64,000 bases of DNA from Liolophura sinensis (lineage: Eukaryota). Numbering within the stretch: position 1 is the first letter of the stretch; the number at the start of each line of letters is the position of its first letter. Both the position numbers and the translations under genes were made by a program. The notes under the pieces are model-generated. The model was not told where the DNA came from, made no database searches, and worked only from the letters and a program-made list of their open reading frames with translations. Shown here piece by piece: positions 56,249 through 64,000 of this stretch. The stretch covers positions 28,628,498 to 28,692,497 of the forward strand of contig NC_088295.1 of NCBI RefSeq assembly GCF_032854445.1. The letters are read 5' to 3'.

Positions 56249-56398
56249 GTATAAGCAGCGAGCACTCACCGGCGGAGAAAGTGGTGAGCATCATGAGCCA
56301 GATCAGGGCACTTCAGGAAATCATCGGTAAATTTAAAGCCCTTCAGGTAGACCCCACGGAGTACGCATGCCTCAAAGGAATCGTCATATTTAAAACAG
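56249..56398 (+). CDS. NR2E1: NR2E1 coding exon 7 (GISSEHSPAEKVVSIMSQIRALQEIIGKFKALQVDPTEYACLKGIVIFKT)
   Basis: Acceptor gttgtcag|GT (G+GT = Gly) and donor ACA G|gtgtgt. Aligns with TLX ISEIQALQEVVARFRQLRLDATEFACLKCIVTFK. Confidence 0.9.
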
Positions 56399-56784
56399 GT
56401 GTGTGACGAGGCATGAATAATGTAAAGTGTTAACAATTGTGAAAGAAACAACACAAATGATGTAAGATATGTTTAGACATGATTTTGCTTGACATCTAGT
56501 AAACTATGTTAGGAAAACATTAAACAATGTTAAAATAAGAATGACATAATGATAATTTGGATTTTATCACCTTTGTTAATTATATACATAATGAGTGACT
56601 TTTAAATTGACAAGAAGCTGTATTTCACTGGTTACGTGTGACAGTTTGCCAGTTTGCACATTACCGTCGATGCTCTGGTTTGTCTCTCTGTGCTGTACGT
56701 CTTAATTATATCATAATTATTTCATATTATATGTATTCAGTATTGACTGCTGCATCTCCAACTTCTTTCCTCTTTTTGTTTCAG

Positions 56785-57056
56785 CTTTTGCGGGCTCGTC
56801 AGCCTCGGAGATGAAGACATTACGGGACTTTCACTCAGTGGCAAGCCTTCAGGATCAAGCCCAGCTCACCCTCAGCAAATTCATCCAGACATCTTATCCG
56901 ACACAGCCCTTCCGGTTTGGCAAACTTCTTCTGCTTTTGCCCAATTTGCGGGCGGTCTCCGGCAGCACGATAGAGGAACTCTTCTTTCGGAAAACAATAG
57001 GGAGCATCCCCATTGAGAGACTTTTAGTGGATATGTTTAAATCCAGTGACTTTTAA
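56785..57056 (+). CDS. NR2E1: NR2E1 terminal coding exon 8 (AFAGSSASEMKTLRDFHSVASLQDQAQLTLSKFIQTSYPTQPFRFGKLLLLLPNLRAVSGSTIEELFFRKTIGSIPIERLLVDMFKSSDF*)
   Basis: Acceptor ttgtttcag|CT (G+CT = Ala). AF-2 and C-terminus nearly identical to TLX (LQDEAQLTL..YPTQP.RFGKLLLLLPALR..S.STIEE.FFKKTIG..PI.RLL.DMYKSSDI). TAA stop at 57054-57056. Confidence 0.93.
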
Positions 57057-57450
57057 AGCCTGAGAAAATATCTCGATGGAATTTATTCTATAATTAGTGT
57101 AAATTAGAAATTTATTTGTAAATATAGAAAGAGTATTATATGTTCACCATTGTACAGACTGGATGTGTGTGTCACGTGACTGTTCGGAACAGATGTGTTT
57201 TACTGTTGATACTGTAGTGCTATTCAAGTTTCAAGTGCTTCCGATATTATATATCCGTGGATAGCAGAGTGAAAATATTGACTGTGACCTGTTTTTTCAT
57301 ACAAACGTAAGTACCATTCCTTGTGGCAGTGTTTGTGCAATTCTTCCAAAAGAACAAGTCGTGCACGGGTACTTTGCCGTTATCTTCTGACAGCCTAATG
57401 CACCATATAAGTGTGGCGTATGGCGTCCTTTGACATCTACGCTGTCTCAG

Positions 57451-57456
57451 AATAAA
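57451..57456 (+). terminator. Candidate polyadenylation signal AATAAA about 400 bp downstream of the NR2E1 stop
   Basis: First canonical AATAAA hexamer after the stop codon. No transcript evidence. Confidence 0.2.
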
Positions 57457-59127
57457 TCCTTCCAGACCGATGACGTCATTGTCTTCCATCACGGCGTCTT
57501 CTTCCATCATGGCTTCTTATATGAAGCTCTTCCTCTTCTTTTCCATGACGTTTTTTATATACCACGCGTCTTCCCCTGCATAACTTTTTCATGAACCAAT
57601 ATTTACTGCTGATGATTTTTCGTCATGTTATCGTCTACATTTCTGTGTAATTTTGTTCGCGAAGAGTTTATAATATTTACGTTACATGATCTCGATTCGT
57701 AAAGTTTCCATTCCGGACACCACTCTTGTTGTCAGTTGTATATAATTTTTAAGATTTACTAAAGATTTCCATGTACTGACTTGAATGTTCAGATCTCTGT
57801 ATTTGGATATTTCCATTTCACCATACATTACAGCCAAAGGAGTCATTTAAAAGAATTACATCGATTAGTGCTTACTGCCAAATCCAGTACTGATGTTTGA
57901 AAATTGCATTACAAAGAACGTTACATTGTCAGAACATTACTTTGTGTGAACGTTACGTTGTGCCTGATGTATTCTTTGTGACTTCAAAGAATATGTCACA
58001 TTTTCTGGTCCGGCTAGGATTCTCTCGAAGTCTTCTTCCTTGATGAGAATAATACAATATTCGTGTAGGTACACTGATTATCATGCCTTTTTCTGGTATT
58101 TTACAAGGATAGATGCCTAAATCGATCATACCGCGAAATGATTTTTCTTGTAACATCAAGGCGGGTATTAGGTTACATCTTGATGTAGGTTGTTGTATAA
58201 ATGTCACATATGTCGCAAAGTTCTATTGTTCACCATACATTTGGCTGTAAGGGTTTTTGTCGTAAGTATTTTTGTGACTATAACGTTGTCACGTTTTGTT
58301 GAGGTGTTTTCATCTGCAAAACATGTTGTGTCGTTAAAATCTGCTATATTGTTTCTTCCACACATGTTCAGAAACAAAAATCTGTTTTACACTCCGCGTA
58401 GGGTTCATCTGAAATAAGCAGCCATAAGAATTTCGTATTCTATAACCGGAAACGTTCGATCTGATATGAAATATGCGGCGATTCACCTACCCATCTTGTT
58501 TTTGGCAACATTTGGTGAAGATTAAGTTGTTGAGAAATAAAATATTTGCAATGAAAATGTTGTGTTGCCTCAGCATATGTAATACATAAACAATGCCGTA
58601 ACCCAGGCTGGTGTATTTGTTGGACGCTTATAGACTTACGAGATAAAATATTATTTATCTCGCAACCCCGAGGAGCTATGAGTAGGTTCCACGATTAAAA
58701 ACTGGCTGCTATTTTGTTTGCACTCAGCCTAATGCCGTTGAGATTCACCTTAAAATTGTATGTATTCCTCTGACTTGAGTTCGAATCCTGCCATATCGAA
58801 TTTGGTTTTTACTTTTCATACCGATATTTTTGCTGCATCTATATACTAGTTACCAGTAACTGTGGAATATATCATTTATACCGAACCGAAACCGCACATG
58901 AAATCTCAAATCTGTAGTAAAAACCAACTTCCAAGGAACCTGTGAAAAAAATCTCTCTGTTCTCATAGATTTTCAACATCCTTAAAATTGAAAATAAAAA
59001 CAGTAATCTTTCATTTCTTTCATGGTATATAGCATGAGTAACGATGTACATTTTTAGAAATAACATGTGTTACATATAACAGTAAAATGTTTTAAATTTG
59101 TTGAGATAGCAACTACCGTCTCTTTCC

Positions 59128-59519
<392 letters not shown>

Positions 59520-60034
59520 TTTTGGAAAGAAAGTGTATGTAGTTAAGTCATATCTACAGAGCGACATTTATTTGGTGTTTCAAGCTATAATGTGTTCTGT
59601 AGGAAATGAAATGAGCAGTTATGCAGAGTTGCCTTTCTCAAATTCCAGAACTGACCATAAAATCTGAACCATAAGTTATAGGTATAGTATACAACCAAGC
59701 ACACACTACCACCCAAATCTAAATGAGGCAGTGTGTGTATTTGATTTGCTTGCGTAAGAAGCTTGACATTCACGAATGAATATTTGCAAAGGTTGACAGG
59801 TAAAACCGCTGGGCAAAATAAAGCGCCGTATCAATACCACATAATCCTGTATCTTGACACTTGGTCATGTGAGTTAAATCACGTGATTTGATCAGCTAGG
59901 CACCGTCACGAGTTGATAATTCCGCACACACAAAACCATCCACTTACTAACTGCTGTCATAGATTCACCTGACATTGAGATAATAGTCTCACTAAGGACA
60001 AGTATTCAAGTAGAAAACGTAACTATATATATAT

Positions 60035-60060
60035 ATATATTTGCTTATTTGGTAACATGG

Positions 60061-60134
<74 letters not shown>

Positions 60135-60374
60135 GTGTTAAATGGTTTCCCTTTGCAAACATTCGGCCATATTGTAATTCAAAAATAATAAAAAACTAAA
60201 ATTTTAAAAACTAATTGTGCTAACACTGAAATGTACAAGAATGAATAGTAGTCCTCTAATAATTCCACAGTGCCAAGTGCAACGAAACCAGCAATGTTCT
60301 CAGTTTCATTAATTTTCCATTTCTTCAGTTGAAGCGAAATGGTCTAATTAAGAAACATTAGAACAGCACTTAAG
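60035..60374. repeat. Right arm of the inverted repeat (inner 29 bp + (TA)n 60064-60130 + 244 bp)
   Basis: See the left arm. The two arms flank a unique core of about 510 bp (59520-60034). Confidence 0.92.
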
Positions 60375-60600
60375 TTGCCAATAACATTTATGTTAAGACA
60401 AAATTACTGTAATATACAAGAAATAATTGACCCGCTAAAATTCTTCCAATACACCGCACATATATTTACGAAAAAAAAAAGCTTTTGACGTATATTAGAT
60501 ACAGAATTGCTTTCGTCTCCAATGGTATGGCAAAACTGCAAAATTGAATGACGGCATTATACAAGCATTGCACATGTACATGTTGTCCAAATGTGCCAGC

Positions 60601-60750
60601 TGAGTGGTTGAGTGAGTGAGTGAGTGCTTGGGGTTTAACGCCGTACTTAATTATTTTTTAAGTCATATGACGACGAAGGAGTCCTTACATGTACCAGTTG
60701 GTTTTTAACGTGCACTATACGAAATTTGAATTTAGGGCATGGTCTAGTTA
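60601..60750 (-). mobile_element. 3' portion of the family-2 SINE in minus orientation ((gagt)n gcttggggtttaacgccgtacttaa...)
   Basis: Reverse complement of 18940-19040 (cgagtgagtgagtgcttggggtttaacgtcgtacttaacaatttttcagtcatatgacgacga...). Confidence 0.6.
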
Positions 60751-63700
60751 ACAACTGCCTACATCCATAACCAGATAGGTAATTTGTTGTATTCGCTATG
60801 AATAGGTCTTTCATGCGGCAAGATTTGTTGAACCGACTTTATTCAACAAAATAAAACCTGAACAGGATCGATCAATTTTAATGGAAAAGTGATATTCTAA
60901 TATACAATCTACGTGTCGAAACGTCGTATACCAGCCGTCGACCAAAATGAACCTTCCAGATCAATATTCGCTAGGCCAATCCCCAAAACGACGTTTAGCA
61001 CAAACCACCAAAGAACTAGCAAAGTCAATAAGGTATGAAATTAAGGCGGAATCATGCAAAAAAGCAGTCACTTTGTGATATCCGGATGTACAATGTCAGT
61101 GATATTCTTTTACATACAATGTCAGTGATACCAAGATATATACAATGTCACTCAGTGATATGGTGATATATAATATATTGATATCCTGATAAATAAAATG
61201 AGTGTCACGAGTGACTCTGGGGCCGATTTCTGACCTAAGTCAAAATTTAAAACTTCGTCACGCTGCTCACTTTTTGGTACTGGAAGTATTTGGTAATGAA
61301 AATTACCAAAATTTGACGCATATTTATCTATAAAGGTAACACTAATGAGGTTTTAATTTCTAGAGCCTAATAATAACCTCTAAATTCGTATCTCAAATTT
61401 TGACATATGCCAGAAATGGCTACCGTATACCGTCAGTTATATGCATGGGCTCTTTCATAAGTTGACCTCGTGTGTTTTCCGGTCTCCAGATTTGTTTTAC
61501 TTGTTTGAATGTTTTTTAACGCCATACTCAAGACACCGGACGTGATTCATCAGTCAAAGAAGATAAAGAATCAGGTGAACATGGGTAAATTTTCTCAGAT
61601 AAAGACAGCTACATAAAAGCTACATTGATAGCCTCTCAGCTTCATCCTGTCTAACCGAATGAATCAATCGGCGGAACAACACAAGCGGCTATTTGCTGTG
61701 CATCAACAACCAATTAACTTAACTAACACTTGTCCGGACGAAGTTAGTGATTGCCGCGCTGACAATCCAGTTACAGAACACAAAATCCTATCCAAAACCT
61801 ACGGACGCTCCGGAATGCGCTCGAGTCTGTACTTTGAGTACGAAACAGTGGAACGAAAGGCTCAGCATACGAAGGGGGGAAAAAGACATTTGTCACCTTC
61901 CTTTCAAAACAAATAAAACTGGTTTACTTTGCGTGTTGATCTGGACTTGGTCAACCAACAGCCTGTGGTGATAAATGTTATCAGGGCAATTAACCTCTGA
62001 GATAACTCTCTATTTGTATATTTATCTTGCTGAATGTGTATAATAGAGAGAGAAGAACAGTCAATTCAATCCAGTGACATCGGATTGTGGGAAAACGTTC
62101 GTTCGACTTGTGAGACGAGTAAAAATGATTTCAGATGTTTGCACTCTTGTGTTGTAATGTACAACTAAATTTATGGAAAAATAAGACATGTACTGCATGA
62201 TGAAATGTGGGAGAGAAATTGTTGAGAACTGCATGCATCCAAGGTCGACATTCTTGATATTAAGTTTGAATGAAAAATCGCAGAGTTAATGATTAACTAC
62301 GAATATGAAATGTATTGCAGAGTGACTGGATGTATAAACGTCATGTGAATTTAGAGTTCTGGGTGCCTATAGGGACATAATCTTGCCTAAAAAATAATGA
62401 TTAAGGCTCAGTGAAGGATATAATGATGAGATTATAGTTCTCCTAAGTCCGTAGACACCGATTTCATATCTGCGAACATGACTAAATACTCGTCGTGGAT
62501 AAAAGGTATGGTAAAGCTGTATTCATTGCCAGCATTTTCACACCGTGAAGCTGGCAAATATTGCTCCTGTGCAATTCCAATCAATAAGCAAACTTGTAGC
62601 CAAGCGACAAACACAGTATTGCTGCAATTTTGTACGCTAGACCGACTCGGCTTTAAATGTTTTTCGCAATTGACAATATAAAATTACGTCATAACGACTT
62701 TACAGTCTGATACATGTTGTTGGAAAAAGTCACAGGTAACAATTAAGGAAATACGGCAATTCATTAATTTACCTCAGCTAGGCTGATGCATGTATTAGGT
62801 AAAGATGGCGCTGTTTATATGTATATCGGGTATTGCAGTGAGGATTTATATATCGGTATGAAGATTTGCTCCTTCAGTTCAACAAGAGGGTACCGCTACA
62901 AACCTTTCTAGCGTCATCAGTCTGACCTATTGATGTCATTTTAAATATATTATTGGAGGAAAAGATTTTTTTGGCCGTCGTTTCAATTTTTCGGAAATAG
63001 AACAAAGGTTTTAGGGGCTGTCGATTTGAGTAAATCACGTGAGCTGTCATATATGAGATAACGTGCTTTGAAAATTGCTGTTGGGCAAGACCCCATAATG
63101 TGAACGATATGATTTGTCTTGTGTGCCGGAGTGTTTTATTTGTTAGTTCCGGCTTTGTTGAAGTGGTCAAATAAAAGTCACGAAAGTCCATGTAATAGGG
63201 CACGGGTTATTAGCTCAATGTACTGATGCTCTGGACTCCCTGGGCTACAGTTTTCCTCGGCTTTAACGAAGGCCATGGGAAAAGCGTAAGAGGCCATGAG
63301 CGTTGATGTTGTTTTAACCACACCCCAAACACGCACCAGTTAACTCAAGCTTCTTTTGTTTCCATAGTACTGACGCAACAGGTGTGAAAAACATGATTAT
63401 ATTTAAGGTCGACAAAGGTCATGCTGGCATTTTCGGAAACGCTTCTGGCAGGCTCCTTCAGCAATTACGTTTGTAATCCCTAAAACGCAAATATTAAATC
63501 TGCAAAGGATTTTATTTGTTACCTGTTTAAGTATCTCCAAATTTAGACCTCTTCAGTGAAGTTTCCGTGTTTTTTTCTTTTGTCTTTTTTTGTTTTCAAA
63601 TGAAATGATTTACCTGCTATAAAATAATGACATCAAAAACGACTGTGGCAAAAAAGGGAAATCCATTGCATCAAAAACAGCTGGAGGATCACAAGACTGA

Positions 63701-64000
63701 TCATTTCGCAGAAGCTGACTACCAATTTGTGATCTGCCGGAAATTGGGTGGGTCTGGTTTTTCATGCTGACTGATGTTTTCCCCTTACTTAATGACAGCG
63801 TCCAACGTCACAGGAGATAGAGCAGACGTGGCGAATTAGGGAGCTGGAGGAATCATGTATCAGTATCAGACATGTCCTTCACCTGCCTTTCGGTCTATAT
63901 TTGATCAAGTACTTGTCAACGAACATCCGTTAATCGGTTGATTGGAAACACAGTTTACTGACACCTTGAAGCTGGAACCGTGTGTTCAGTGTTAAGATCC

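Overview
This window is eukaryotic nuclear DNA (AT-rich, many microsatellites and minisatellites, tRNA-derived SINEs, split genes). It does not look prokaryotic: there are no operons, CRISPR arrays or dense coding. One protein-coding gene can be supported: a tailless/TLX (NR2E1) nuclear-receptor orthologue on the + strand, with 8 coding exons from 43169 to 57056 and introns up to about 5 kb. It includes a 19-bp micro-exon that completes the first zinc finger. Every exon junction has a canonical AG/GT site and keeps the frame, and the assembled protein aligns with Drosophila tll and human TLX from the N-terminus (M....SRIL(V)D(V)PCKVC) to the C-terminus (...EELFFRKTIG...DM(F)KSSD(F)*). The first 43 kb has no convincing coding sequence. 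It holds a cluster of tRNA-derived SINEs from two or three families between 14.6 and 19.7 kb, one of which has a clean target-site duplication. It also holds several satellite or minisatellite arrays, including a palindrome flanked by two related arrays at 32.0-33.2 kb. Downstream of NR2E1 is a near-perfect 390-bp inverted-repeat pair (a foldback structure of about 1.25 kb) carrying (TA)n tracts. The SINE structure is consistent with a lophotrochozoan, perhaps a mollusc, but I cannot determine the species. I found no novel system in the prokaryotic sense. The notable items are the micro-exon gene structure, the SINE hotspot, the foldback element, and GC-rich blocks in intron 4 and upstream of the gene that may be regulatory.
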